Position numbers and translations under genes: made by a program | Source: Thermoproteota archaeon | Lineage (GTDB): Archaea; Korarchaeota; Korarchaeia; Korarchaeales; Korarchaeaceae | DNA: 64,000 bases | Reading direction: 5' to 3' | Assembly: GCA_027491395.1 (NCBI GenBank) | Contig: JAOZFI010000039.1 | Coordinates: forward strand, 1 to 64,000 | Shown: in pieces, positions 9,046-18,610 of the stretch | How the letters are laid out: every line of letters starts with the position of its first letter | Position numbering within the stretch: position 1 is the first letter of the stretch | Notes under the pieces: generated by a model | What the model was told of the DNA's origin: nothing | The model's database searches: none | Seen by the model: only the letters and a program-made list of their open reading frames with translations

Positions 9046-10842
9046 GTGGTCTGCTTGAAGGGTTACGGCCTAATACAATGGGTCGATCTCTCATCGGGAG
9101 AGCAAAGACGTGAACCCATTTCAGATGATCTGGCTCTGAAATTTATAGGTGGCAAGGGTCTTGGAGCAAAGTTGCTTTACGATATGACCGATGAGAGAAC
9201 CGACCCGCTTAGCCCCGACAACCCTCTCATATTCGCAATAGGTCCCTTCACTGGGACGGCCGTTCCTTACTCCGGTAAGGGGACCTTCATCTTCAGATCC
9301 CCCCAGACGGGGATCATAGGAGAGTCCGTAGTGGGAGGTACCTTCGGGGCTGCCTTCAGGTGGGTAGGCTACACCGCATTGGTAATAACGGGCAGAGCGG
9401 AGAAGCCCGTCTACCTAGTCGTGAGGGAAGATGGTGTAGAGGTGAAGGACGCCAGCCATCTCTGGGGGAAGACCATATACGAGACCGAGGATACCCTCAA
9501 GAAGGAATATGGACGCAGCTCCGTAGCGTCAATAGGTCCTGCCGGAGAGAACTTGGTGAAGTACGCGGTGATAGGTAACGAGAAGTGGAGACAGGCCGGT
9601 AGGACCGGTGGGGGAGCTGTAATGGGATCAAAAAAGCTGAAGGCTATAGTTATCGATTACGATACCATGAAGTGGGACGCTGCGGACCCGGATGGTGTGA
9701 GGAAGTACACCTCAGAGGAGATAATACCTAGGGCTAGGGAGGAGCTGAAATCGTACTTCGAGAAGGGGACGACGGGCTTAGTCGAGCTAGCGAACGAGTG
9801 GGGGTTCTTCCCCAGCTACTACTGGTCGAAGGGCAGCGTAGAGGGATGGGATAGGATAGCCTGGGAGGCAATAGAGAGAGAGGTATTCGTACACGCAAAG
9901 GGGTGCTTCGGCTGCCCGACCCCGTGTGGAAGGTACAGCAAGGTGAAGGAGGGGAAGTACGCTGGAAGCGAGGTGGAGGTGGAATACGAGACCGTTTACT
10001 CGATAGGCGGCCTTGCTGCCGTCACCGACATAAAGGCTATAGTGTGGTTGAATGACCTAATTGACGGGCTGGGCATGGACACCATCACGATAGGCAACAT
10101 ATTCGGCTTCGCAATAGAGGCCTACAAGAGGGGCAAGTTGGATCCCGGCTTCAAGCTCGACTACAGCGAGCCCGAATCCCTGTACGAGCTTACCAAGATG
10201 ATAGCTGAGAGGAGAGGAGTGGGAGACCTGCTGGCTGATGGAGTTAGAGCTGCCGCTGAGAAGCTGGGCCTCCAAGATCTTGCGATTCACGTGAAGGGAC
10301 TGGAGCCCGCGGGCTACGATCCCAGAACCCTGAAGAGCATGATCCTCAGCTACGGAGTCTCCTCTAGGGGCGCCTGTCACCTGAGGCTCACCGGCTACTT
10401 CGCCGACATAAAGGGACTTGGAGGAGACAGGAAATCTGTCACAAAGGAGAAGACGGAAGTATTAGCGGATCTTGAGGAGAAGGGCGTACTAGAGGATTCC
10501 TTCGTGATATGTAAGTTCACCAGAACCTTGATAGACTGGGAGCAAATGGCCAAGTACTACACGCTCATAACCGGAAGAGAAACAGGCATAACTGACCTTA
10601 AAACTGCCGCTAGGCGCATAATAAACCTAGTGAGGATGTATAACGTGAAGCTTGGCGTGAGGAGGAAGGATGACAGACTACCTAAGAGACTCTTCAGGGA
10701 GTCCTTCATCCACGAGGGGGAGGAGAGGAAGATAACTGAGGAGGAGCAGGAGAGGTTCCTTGACTATTACTACGAGCTCAGGGGATGGAACAAGGACGGA
10801 GTCCCCAAAGAGGAGACCTTGAAGGAGTACGACCTGATATAA
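9046..10842 (+). CDS. aor: Tungsten aldehyde:ferredoxin oxidoreductase family protein
   Basis: AGRTGGGAVMGSKKLKAI, CFGCPTPC, EYET, GMDTI, RGACH, YYELRGW. Confidence 0.93.
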   Translation: MVCLKGYGLIQWVDLSSGEQRREPISDDLALKFIGGKGLGAKLLYDMTDERTDPLSPDNPLIFAIGPFTGTAVPYSGKGTFIFRSPQTGIIGESVVGGTFGAAFRWVGYTALVITGRAEKPVYLVVREDGVEVKDASHLWGKTIYETEDTLKKEYGRSSVASIGPAGENLVKYAVIGNEKWRQAGRTGGGAVMGSKKLKAIVIDYDTMKWDAADPDGVRKYTSEEIIPRAREELKSYFEKGTTGLVELANEWGFFPSYYWSKGSVEGWDRIAWEAIEREVFVHAKGCFGCPTPCGRYSKVKEGKYAGSEVEVEYETVYSIGGLAAVTDIKAIVWLNDLIDGLGMDTITIGNIFGFAIEAYKRGKLDPGFKLDYSEPESLYELTKMIAERRGVGDLLADGVRAAAEKLGLQDLAIHVKGLEPAGYDPRTLKSMILSYGVSSRGACHLRLTGYFADIKGLGGDRKSVTKEKTEVLADLEEKGVLEDSFVICKFTRTLIDWEQMAKYYTLITGRETGITDLKTAARRIINLVRMYNVKLGVRRKDDRLPKRLFRESFIHEGEERKITEEEQERFLDYYYELRGWNKDGVPKEETLKEYDLI

Positions 10843-10863
10843 TAGTCTTTATTATTCTTTTTA
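10843..10863 (+). terminator. T-rich archaeal terminator after aor
   Basis: Successive T-tracts (TCTTTATTATTCTTTTT) right after the stop codon. Confidence 0.55.
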
Positions 10864-11079
10864 ATTCCCGAGAAGGTCTGGACATTCATCTCTATCTCCA
10901 CTGGCAGGGTGGATCGGTTTGCAAACTGATCACCATCGACCGTCCTAGAACTCATTCGTTCCGAAAAATCCGAAGCTCGATTCAACGTAGCGCTTCTTTT
11001 AATTTTACCTATATAAATCCCAGACAAGCTTATATTAATCAGATCGGAGTGTTCCTTCGCCCCAAAAGGGGGTGTCACA

Positions 11080-11235
11080 ATGAGCGGAAAGGACTGGGGT
11101 ATAGCGATAGTTCTACTTATTGTAGGCCTACTGATAGGCTATTTCGCAGTTGGACCGGGCAAGACGATCACCACCACCGTCACACAGACATCTGTCAAAA
11201 CCGTGACGGTCACGCAAACAGCGGGCGCCCCTCCA
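11080..11235 (+). repeat. Conserved N-terminal anchor module, copy 1 (copy 2 at 20169-20324; related copy at the livK 5' end)
   Basis: 46/52 identical residues between copies 1 and 2 by manual alignment. Confidence 0.85.
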
Positions 11236-12747
11236 CCCAAGACCACGACAACCCAGACCACGCCGCCCAAGAAATACGCTGACACCATAGTGATAGGAGT
11301 GACCGATAAGGTTTCCGACCTAGATCCGGCCAATGCATATGACTTCTATACTTGGGAGGTGTTCAACAACATAGGGGAGGGTCCGTTCAAGTACAAGCCA
11401 GGAACCACTGAGCTGATTAAGGGAATAATAGAGGACTACGAGGTCCAGGAAGGAGGTAAGGTCTACATACTGAAGCTCAGGAAGAATCTGAAATTCGCAG
11501 ACGGGACTCCCTGCACCGCCAAGGACCTGAAGTGGTCTATAGATAGGGTGGCTAGGATAGAGGGAGACCCCGCGTGGTTCGTTCTCGACTTCGTCAACAA
11601 GACAGAAGTAATCGACGACTATACTCTAAAGATAGTGCTGAACCAGCCCGTGGCCTTCTATCCAGCGGTGCTGGCCGTCCCCACCTACTTCCCCATACCA
11701 CCGGACAAGTATCCTGCCGATGAGATTTCTTCCGACAACACCGCTGGCAGCGTCGGTCCCTACAAGATAACCAAGTGGGTCAGGGATCAGGTCCTTATAC
11801 TGGAGGCCAACCCCTATTACTACGGAGAGAAGCCCAAGACTCCCAAGGTTATAGTCAAGTTCTACAAGGACGCCACCACCCTCAGGCTGGCGCTGGAGAG
11901 CGGTGAGATAGACATAGCTTGGAGGACCCTAAACCCCACTGATATAAAGGACCTCATGAAGAAGCCCGGCATCCAGGTGATAGAGGGTAAGGGCTCCTTC
12001 ATAAGGTACATCGTGTTCAACACGAAGATAAAGCCCTTCGACAACAAGAAGGTCAGACAGGCCCTTGCCGCCGCCCTCGACAGGAAGGCCATAGCCGAGA
12101 GGGTCTTCTTGGGCACAGTGGATCCTCTCTACAGCCTCGTTCCCATGGGCATGTGGAGCCACATAGATGCTTTCAAGGAGAAGTACGGGGAGGCCAACAT
12201 AGAGCTGGCCAAGAAGCTTCTCAAGGAGGCTGGCTACTCCGAGTCCAACAAGCTCAAGGTTGAGCTGTGGTACACGCCTTCCCACTACGGCGATACTGAG
12301 GCCGATGTCGCTGCTCTGATAAAGGAGGCCTGGGAGAAGACCGGAATGGTCGAGGTGACCGTGAAGAGCGCCGAGTGGAGCACCTATCTGGAGCTCACTA
12401 GGAAGGGCCAGCTACCTGTGACCCTCTACGGCTGGTATCCCGACTACATAGATCCCGACAACTACCTGTTCCCGTTCCTCCACACCGGATCCAACAGGTG
12501 GCTCGGTGAGCCGTACAGCAACCCCGATCTTGACAAGATACTGGAGAAGGCCCAAGTATCCCTAGACCAGAAGGAGAGGGAGCAGCTGTACAAGCAGGCC
12601 CAGCAGATATTGGCTGAGGATGCTCCTATAGTGCCCATATTCCAGGGCAAACTGTATGTGGCCGCCAAGAATAACGTGCACGGTATAGTGCTCGACCCGA
12701 TAATGCTTCTCAGGTACTACCTGATCTACAAGGAAGCTGGTAGCTGA
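11080..12747 (+). CDS. Peptide ABC transporter substrate-binding protein (family 5, DppA/OppA-like)
   Basis: TM anchor plus Thr-rich linker, LDPA, KFADGTP, GPYKI, GWYPDYIDPDNY. Confidence 0.93.
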   Translation: MSGKDWGIAIVLLIVGLLIGYFAVGPGKTITTTVTQTSVKTVTVTQTAGAPPPKTTTTQTTPPKKYADTIVIGVTDKVSDLDPANAYDFYTWEVFNNIGEGPFKYKPGTTELIKGIIEDYEVQEGGKVYILKLRKNLKFADGTPCTAKDLKWSIDRVARIEGDPAWFVLDFVNKTEVIDDYTLKIVLNQPVAFYPAVLAVPTYFPIPPDKYPADEISSDNTAGSVGPYKITKWVRDQVLILEANPYYYGEKPKTPKVIVKFYKDATTLRLALESGEIDIAWRTLNPTDIKDLMKKPGIQVIEGKGSFIRYIVFNTKIKPFDNKKVRQALAAALDRKAIAERVFLGTVDPLYSLVPMGMWSHIDAFKEKYGEANIELAKKLLKEAGYSESNKLKVELWYTPSHYGDTEADVAALIKEAWEKTGMVEVTVKSAEWSTYLELTRKGQLPVTLYGWYPDYIDPDNYLFPFLHTGSNRWLGEPYSNPDLDKILEKAQVSLDQKEREQLYKQAQQILAEDAPIVPIFQGKLYVAAKNNVHGIVLDPIMLLRYYLIYKEAGS

Positions 12748-12775
12748 ACCTCCCCTTTCCTTTTTATCTTTCCCG
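12748..12775 (+). terminator. Pyrimidine/T-tract terminator after the SBP gene
   Basis: CCTCCCC...TTTTT tract; similar tracts follow the stops at 21872, 34418 and 38957 (minus strand). Confidence 0.5.
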
Positions 12776-12791
12776 CTAGGGTGGATTCCAG

Positions 12792-13802
12792 ATGTCACTA
12801 AGGGCCTACGTGATAACTAGAATTCTTATGACGATCCCCATGATCCTCATTCTGCTGACGTTGGTCTTCCTCGTAATGAGAGTCCTCCCAGGAAATCCTG
12901 TGATAGCCATAGTCGGGATGAAGGCCTCTCCAGAGTACATAAAGAAGCTGGAGCATCAGCTGGGTCTCGATAAGCCCCTTTGGCAGCAGTACCTCGACTA
13001 TTTGGGGAACCTGCTGAGAGGAGACTTGGGAAGGTCTATGATATGGGGGAAGAGGCCCGTCATCCAAGAGATAATGGACCACTTCCCCGCAACTCTTGAG
13101 CTGACGATAGGCGGCTTCTTGGTCAGCGTCCTATTGGGCTTAGCCACAGGAATGCTTGCGGGGATAAGATCAGGTGGAAAAGTAGATGCATCCATGAGGA
13201 TCTACAGCATCGTCGTGTATTCCCTCTTCATACCCCTGCTGGGAATGATGCTTCAGCTCGTGTTCGGGGTCTGGCTCCACATGCTACCAGTAGGTGGGAG
13301 GATAGATCCGGGTATGGAACCTCCATCGATAACGGGTCTGTATGTCTTGGACTCGATCATAAGCCTGAAGATGAATAGCCTGCTCAACTCGTTGGCTCAC
13401 TTGGCGCTGCCCTCACTCACCTTAGGGCTGGTCCTCTCAGGCATATACACTAGGTTGGTGAGATCCAGCCTGATGGAGGTGCTGGGTCAGGATTTCATAA
13501 GGGCTTGCAAGGCTAGAGGCCTCCCAGGAAGGGCCATCCTGTTCAAGCACGCGCTGAAGAACGCGCTCATCCCAATTCTCACCATGATGGGTCTTCAATT
13601 TGCTCTCTTGCTGGCCGGCGCCGTTCTCACCGAGACCACGTTTTCATGGCCGGGAATGGGCACCTTCCTAGTCGAGAGGATAACGTATAGGGACTTCACA
13701 ACCATACAGGGGGCAATAGTATTCTACGCCCTCTTCGTGGCCTTGGTCAGCCTGATCGTTGATCTGGTGTACGCATACGTCGATCCTAGGATAAGGTACT
13801 GA
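12792..13802 (+). CDS. dppB: Peptide ABC permease (DppB/OppB)
   Basis: GLDKPLWQQY, GDLGRS, FPATLEL, KARGL, KHALKNA, ETTFSWPGMG, DPRIRY. Confidence 0.92.
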   Translation: MSLRAYVITRILMTIPMILILLTLVFLVMRVLPGNPVIAIVGMKASPEYIKKLEHQLGLDKPLWQQYLDYLGNLLRGDLGRSMIWGKRPVIQEIMDHFPATLELTIGGFLVSVLLGLATGMLAGIRSGGKVDASMRIYSIVVYSLFIPLLGMMLQLVFGVWLHMLPVGGRIDPGMEPPSITGLYVLDSIISLKMNSLLNSLAHLALPSLTLGLVLSGIYTRLVRSSLMEVLGQDFIRACKARGLPGRAILFKHALKNALIPILTMMGLQFALLLAGAVLTETTFSWPGMGTFLVERITYRDFTTIQGAIVFYALFVALVSLIVDLVYAYVDPRIRY

Positions 13803-13808
13803 GGTGAT

Positions 13809-14669
13809 TTGATGAGAACGTTCAACCTCTCTCGCTTCCTCAGCTCGGTGAGGGATGCCGGGCTGGACGGTTACATGATGGTGGTCGGTCTGATTATAGT
13901 GCTGGCCGTTTTAGTGATGGCCGTGTTCGCCGAGTTCATAGCGCCCTACGATCCTGTCAAGACCGTGGGCATGCCCGTAACCCCTCCGTCCCCCGAATTC
14001 CCTTGGGGCACCGATACCATAGGAAGGGACGTATTTAGCCGCGTCGTCTACGGTTCTAGGACCATAATGGTGGTGATACTCATGTCCACCGCCCTGTCTA
14101 TGGCGGTGGGCATACCTCTGGGCCTCATCTCAGGATATGTCGGAGGCCCACTCGACAGGGTATTCTCCCTAGTGATGGACAGCATATACGCCTTCCCTGG
14201 GCTCATACTCGCCATTGCGGTGGCTGCAATGCTCGGACCCGGCATATACAACACGTCCATATCACTGGCCGTGGTATACATCCCCACTTACTTCAGGATG
14301 GTGAGGGGGCAGGTCCTCTCGCTGAGGGAGCAGCTCTTCGTGGAGGCAGCTAGGGCCTTGGGTGCGACTGACTGGAGGATACTCCGCAAATACATATTCC
14401 CCAACGTGTTCTTCATCATAGCGGTGGTGTTCTCCCTGAACGTGGCTGATGCCATCCTGACCGAGGCGGGTCTGAGCTTCCTAGGACTTAGCGTCCCGGC
14501 CCCAACGCCTGACTGGGGATTCGACCTGAAGAACGGCCAGAGGTACTTCCTATCGGGCAAGTGGTGGCCCGTCGTGTTCCCAGGAACTATGATAATACTG
14601 CTGGCCTTGGGCTTCGGTCTCCTCGGTGAGGGACTCAACAGGATGCTTGGGCAGAAGGAGGTGAGATGA
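13809..14669 (+). CDS. dppC: Peptide ABC permease (DppC/OppC)
   Basis: GTDTIGRDVFSRVVYG, EAARALGA, EAGLSFLGL. Confidence 0.92.
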   Translation: MMRTFNLSRFLSSVRDAGLDGYMMVVGLIIVLAVLVMAVFAEFIAPYDPVKTVGMPVTPPSPEFPWGTDTIGRDVFSRVVYGSRTIMVVILMSTALSMAVGIPLGLISGYVGGPLDRVFSLVMDSIYAFPGLILAIAVAAMLGPGIYNTSISLAVVYIPTYFRMVRGQVLSLREQLFVEAARALGATDWRILRKYIFPNVFFIIAVVFSLNVADAILTEAGLSFLGLSVPAPTPDWGFDLKNGQRYFLSGKWWPVVFPGTMIILLALGFGLLGEGLNRMLGQKEVR

Positions 14670-15620
14670 GTGCTCTTGGAGATAGAGGACCTCCATGTCT
14701 ACTACTTCACCAAGAGGGGCGTGGTCCGGGCGGTCGAGGGGGTCTCCTTCGAACTCGACAGGGCCGAGATACTGGGGATAGTGGGTGAGTCGGGAAGCGG
14801 GAAGAGCACGCTCGGACTGGCGATAATGAACCTAGTCCCCTCCCCAGGGAAGATAGTTAGAGGGAGCATCAGGCTGGACGGGAAGGACCTGACCAAGATG
14901 AGCGAGAAGGAGCTAAGGGATATCAGGGGCAAGGAGATAGCTATGGTCTTTCAGGATCCAATGACCTCCTTGGACCCCCTTATGAGGATAGGCGATCAAA
15001 TAGTGGAGACTATCTTGGCCCACGAGGATGTGAGCAAGGAGGAAGCCAAGAGGAGAGCCCTTGAACTACTGGAGGAGGTGGGGATCTCCAGGGATAGGTT
15101 CAACGACTATCCCCATCAGCTCAGTGGAGGGATGAGGCAGAGGGTGATGATAGCAATGGCCATCTCCCTGAACCCCAAGCTGATAATAGCTGATGAGCCC
15201 ACTACGGCCCTCGACGTCATAGTGCAGGATCAGATAATGGAGTTATTCTCCAAGTTGAGGGACGAGTTCGGCGTGGCGGTAATCCTAATATCCCACGATC
15301 TAGCTCTAGAGTTGGAGGTATCTGACAAGATAGGGGTGATGTACGCCGGGTGGCTCATGGAGCTCTCGAAGTCGGAGGAGCTAGCTAAGAAACCCCTGAA
15401 CCCATACGCTAGGGAGCTGCTAAAGGCAATACCGAATGTGGAACTTGAGGAGCAGGAGCTCGTGTCCATCCCTGGGTCCCCACCAGATCTCCACGATCCT
15501 CCAAAGGGATGTCGGTTCCACCCTAGGTGCCCTGATGCGATGCCTATCTGCTTCAAGGAGGAACCACCCACCAAATCGATTGACGGGAGGCTCGTGAAGT
15601 GCTGGCTGTACGGAGGGTGA
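14670..15620 (+). CDS. dppD: Peptide ABC ATP-binding protein (DppD)
   Basis: [38 protein letters not shown]. Confidence 0.93.
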   Translation: MLLEIEDLHVYYFTKRGVVRAVEGVSFELDRAEILGIVGESGSGKSTLGLAIMNLVPSPGKIVRGSIRLDGKDLTKMSEKELRDIRGKEIAMVFQDPMTSLDPLMRIGDQIVETILAHEDVSKEEAKRRALELLEEVGISRDRFNDYPHQLSGGMRQRVMIAMAISLNPKLIIADEPTTALDVIVQDQIMELFSKLRDEFGVAVILISHDLALELEVSDKIGVMYAGWLMELSKSEELAKKPLNPYARELLKAIPNVELEEQELVSIPGSPPDLHDPPKGCRFHPRCPDAMPICFKEEPPTKSIDGRLVKCWLYGG

Positions 15621-15624
15621 TCGC

Positions 15625-16602
15625 ATGCTGCTAAAGGTGGAGAATCTGAAGAAGTATTTCCCGGTCGCTAAGACCTTCATAGAGCGGCTCCTCACGAGGG
15701 AAGAGAGGTACGTCAGGGCGGTGGACGGGATAAGCTTTCACATAGAGGAGGGAGAGGTCTTCTCACTAGTCGGGGAGTCGGGAAGCGGGAAGACCACCAC
15801 CGGCAAAGTGGTGCTGAGGTTGATAGAGCCCACCTCCGGGAGGGTCATCTTCCAGGGGAGAGACATAACCTCCTTGGGCAAGAAGGAGCTCCGACTGATG
15901 AGGAGGCACATGCAGATAATATATCAGGACCCATACGCGTCCCTCAACCCTAGGATGAGGGTCGGAGAGGCCATAATGGATCCCCTGCTCATCCACAAGA
16001 TAGCTGAGGGGAGAGAGGCCAAGGAAATGGTGCTGGAGATGCTCGAGAAGGTGGGACTCACGCCCCCGGAGACGTTCTTTAACTCCTATCCAGCCTACCT
16101 CAGCGGGGGACAGAGGCAGCGTGTCGCCATAGCTAGGGCCATGATCACCAGACCCAAACTGGTGGTTGCTGATGAGCCAGTCAGCATGATCGACGTCTCA
16201 CTGAGGGCTTCTATCTTGGATCTGATGATGGATCTCAGGAAGGAATTCGGCGTCGCCTACCTCTTCATAACCCACGATTTGGCCGTAGCCAAGTACATCT
16301 CTGACAGGATAGCCATAATGTACCTTGGCAAGATAGTCGAGCTAGGAAGGACGAAGGTCCTATTCAAGAACCCCCTGCACCCCTACACCAAGGCTCTGCT
16401 GAGCGCCATACCCGTCCCTACCCCGGGCAAGAGGAAAGAGAGGCTGAGACTGAAGGGTGAGATCCCTTCAGCTATAGACATCCCTCCTGGATGCAGATTC
16501 CACCCGAGATGTCCCATGAGCTTCGAACCGTGCAATAAGGAGGAACCCGAGCTCATGGAGGTGGAGCCGGGTCACTTCGTGGCCTGTCACCTGCACACGT
16601 AG
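15625..16602 (+). CDS. dppF: Peptide ABC ATP-binding protein (DppF)
   Basis: [36 protein letters not shown]. Confidence 0.93.
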   Translation: MLLKVENLKKYFPVAKTFIERLLTREERYVRAVDGISFHIEEGEVFSLVGESGSGKTTTGKVVLRLIEPTSGRVIFQGRDITSLGKKELRLMRRHMQIIYQDPYASLNPRMRVGEAIMDPLLIHKIAEGREAKEMVLEMLEKVGLTPPETFFNSYPAYLSGGQRQRVAIARAMITRPKLVVADEPVSMIDVSLRASILDLMMDLRKEFGVAYLFITHDLAVAKYISDRIAIMYLGKIVELGRTKVLFKNPLHPYTKALLSAIPVPTPGKRKERLRLKGEIPSAIDIPPGCRFHPRCPMSFEPCNKEEPELMEVEPGHFVACHLHT

Positions 16603-16942
16603 AAAAAATTTAACACTCCTTTTTTGAAGTAGCTAGCTGAGAGTAAAGCCATTTTGGGATAGTTGAGGCCTCCTAGGATGGCCATCGATCGCCAGAATGA
16701 ATCTCCCCCCTAGAGTGAAATCCTTGGTGACCTATGCTGTAGCTGCATGTGAACCCTAACTTCTCATCCCTCACTGACTGCTCCGTGTGGTTTCCTCTCA
16801 TTTGTAAGACCTCAGATATTAAACCCTCAAGATTCACCTTCGCGGCCAACAGGATCCATACCAGACGTTCTTGGCAGCCACTATATATAAACCTCCAGAA
16901 AGGTTTAAGAGCCCTAAAATTGATGGAAAAAGAGGAGGTTGA

Positions 16943-17248
16943 GTGAGAAAAAACGGTAAGATCACTCGATGAGATCAGGATCATCCTCAAAAGCATGAGA
17001 GCGAACTGAGGGAGAAGTACGGTGTGAAAAGAATTGGCATCTTTTGATCCTTTGTCAGATGAGAAGCTGGAGAGGAAAGCGATGTCGATATACTCGTCGG
17101 GTTCGACAGGCCTATGGGACTCCTCAAATTTCTCGAGTTAGAGGAGTACATGAGCAATTTGATAGGTATGAAGGTTGATCTCATATCTAAAAAGGCGCTT
17201 AAACCCCACATTGGGAAATACATCTTGGAAGAGGTCGTTATGGTGTGA
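16943..17248 (+). pseudogene. MntA-type nucleotidyltransferase antitoxin pseudogene
   Basis: ELREKYGVKRIGIF*SFVR*EAGEESDVDILV...KVDLISKKALKPHIGKYILEE; TGA at 17045 and 17060 plus a frameshift near 16990. Confidence 0.88.
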
Positions 17249-17589
17249 AGAGGTCTTATAGGGACTACATCCTCGACATTCTCACATCTATCGATGAGAT
17301 CGAAGAATTTACCGAGGGCATGGATTTCTAAGAGTTTATCGGAGACAGGAAGACTATAAACGCTGTTATCAGAAGCTTAGAAGTCATGGGAGAGGCTGCT
17401 AAGAAAATTCCACGCAAGATCAGGGAGAAATATTCAGATATTCCTTGGAAATACCTCGCAGGTATGAGAGATAAACTGATTCACGAGTACCATGGAGTAG
17501 ACTTGGGGATCGTTTGGGAGGTCGTCAAGACCGAAATCTCTCCTCTGAGGCCGAGGTTTGAGAGGATTTTGAGAGAACTTGAGGAGTAA
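17245..17589 (+). pseudogene. HepT/DUF86 ribonuclease toxin pseudogene
   Basis: KRSYRDYILDILTSIDEIEEFTEGMDF*EF...AVIRSLEVMGEAAKKIP...MRDKLIHEYHGVD; in-frame TAA at 17329. Confidence 0.88.
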
Positions 17590-17722
17590 TCTCACTGCTC
17601 TCGTGATCTATTCCCTTCTCTTCTCTCTCCCTTGCGCGGGACATCCTCTTGCGGGAATGAGGAGTCAGCTTTCAGGCTGGAGGGAAGTACTGCTGTGAAC
17701 TCAAAAGATGGGAGGGCTGGGC

Positions 17723-18610
17723 TCAGTGTTCGCCCTCCCTTCTACCCTCCTTGGAGAGCCAGTCCTTCACGATCTCCATCAGCTCCATGGGTATCAGGAA
17801 CTTTGTGGCCTCGGAGGAACCTATCACCTTCAGCCCATCCAAGTACTGAAGCTTCATGGTCTTCTCATCCAACGCCTTCGCGACCTCGTCTATGGTCTTG
17901 AGGGCCAAGGCGTAGCCCTCAGCCTTGAGTATCTGGGCCTGCCTCTCACCCTCGGCCTTCAGTATGGCCGCCTGCTTCTCGCCCTCAGCTACCTTTATTG
18001 CCGCCTCCTTCTTTCCCTCAGCCTCTGTTACCATGGCCCTCCTGTTACGTTCAGCAGCCATCTGCTTTATCATAGCCTCCTGAACCGTTTTAGGAGGTAA
18101 TATCTCCCTGATCTCTACGTTTGTTATCTTGACGCCCCATCGCTCGGTCACCTCATCGAGCTTAACTCTCAGGATGTTGTTTATCTCATCTCTCTTTGCT
18201 AGGACCTCATCAAGCATCATTTCTCCTATGACCGCTCTCAGTGTGGTGGTAGCTATTCCTATTGCCGCCCCCTTGAAGTCCGACACGTTGAGGACGCTCG
18301 CCATGGGATCCACCACCTTGTAGTAGACGATGAAGTCTATATCGGTGGGGGCGTTGTCCTTCGTTATGCAGGTCTGATGCGGCACATCGAAGTAGCTCTC
18401 CCTCAGGTCTATCCATATTATTTGGTCAATTATAGGAACCCTGAATACTATACCGGGCCCTTTCACCCCTAGAAACCTGCCCAGCCTCAGAATTACAAGC
18501 CTCTTGAACTCAGGCACTATTTTAATTGCCGAAGCTAGGAACAGGATCAGGATAAAGACGACAACAGCTATAAGGAACTCTGACAGACCCAAAACTACAG
18601 CTTGGGTCAT
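17723..18610 (-). CDS. SPFH/stomatin (band 7) protein
   Basis: N-terminal TM, RLGRF..GPG, ITKDN, TTTLRAVIG, WGVKITNVEI, AEGEKQAAIL repeats. Confidence 0.93.
   Translation of the reverse strand: MTQAVVLGLSEFLIAVVVFILILFLASAIKIVPEFKRLVILRLGRFLGVKGPGIVFRVPIIDQIIWIDLRESYFDVPHQTCITKDNAPTDIDFIVYYKVVDPMASVLNVSDFKGAAIGIATTTLRAVIGEMMLDEVLAKRDEINNILRVKLDEVTERWGVKITNVEIREILPPKTVQEAMIKQMAAERNRRAMVTEAEGKKEAAIKVAEGEKQAAILKAEGERQAQILKAEGYALALKTIDEVAKALDEKTMKLQYLDGLKVIGSSEATKFLIPMELMEIVKDWLSKEGRREGEH

Noticed and set aside
10770-11282. ORFs spanning the aor-SBP gap and the many other short antisense or shadow ORFs in the track
   Set aside because: They overlap well-supported genes, terminators or promoters and have atypical Ser/Pro/Arg-rich composition
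16625-16940. ORFs 16673-16996 (-) and 16749-16946 (+)
   Set aside because: No recognisable motifs and they overlap the TA promoter and pseudogene; probably intergenic DNA or an unidentifiable remnant
17045-17062. Two TGA codons at conserved Gly positions suggesting UGA=Gly recoding
   Set aside because: TGA ends many intact genes here; the same gene has a frameshift and its partner has a TAA at a Glu position, so decay or error is simpler
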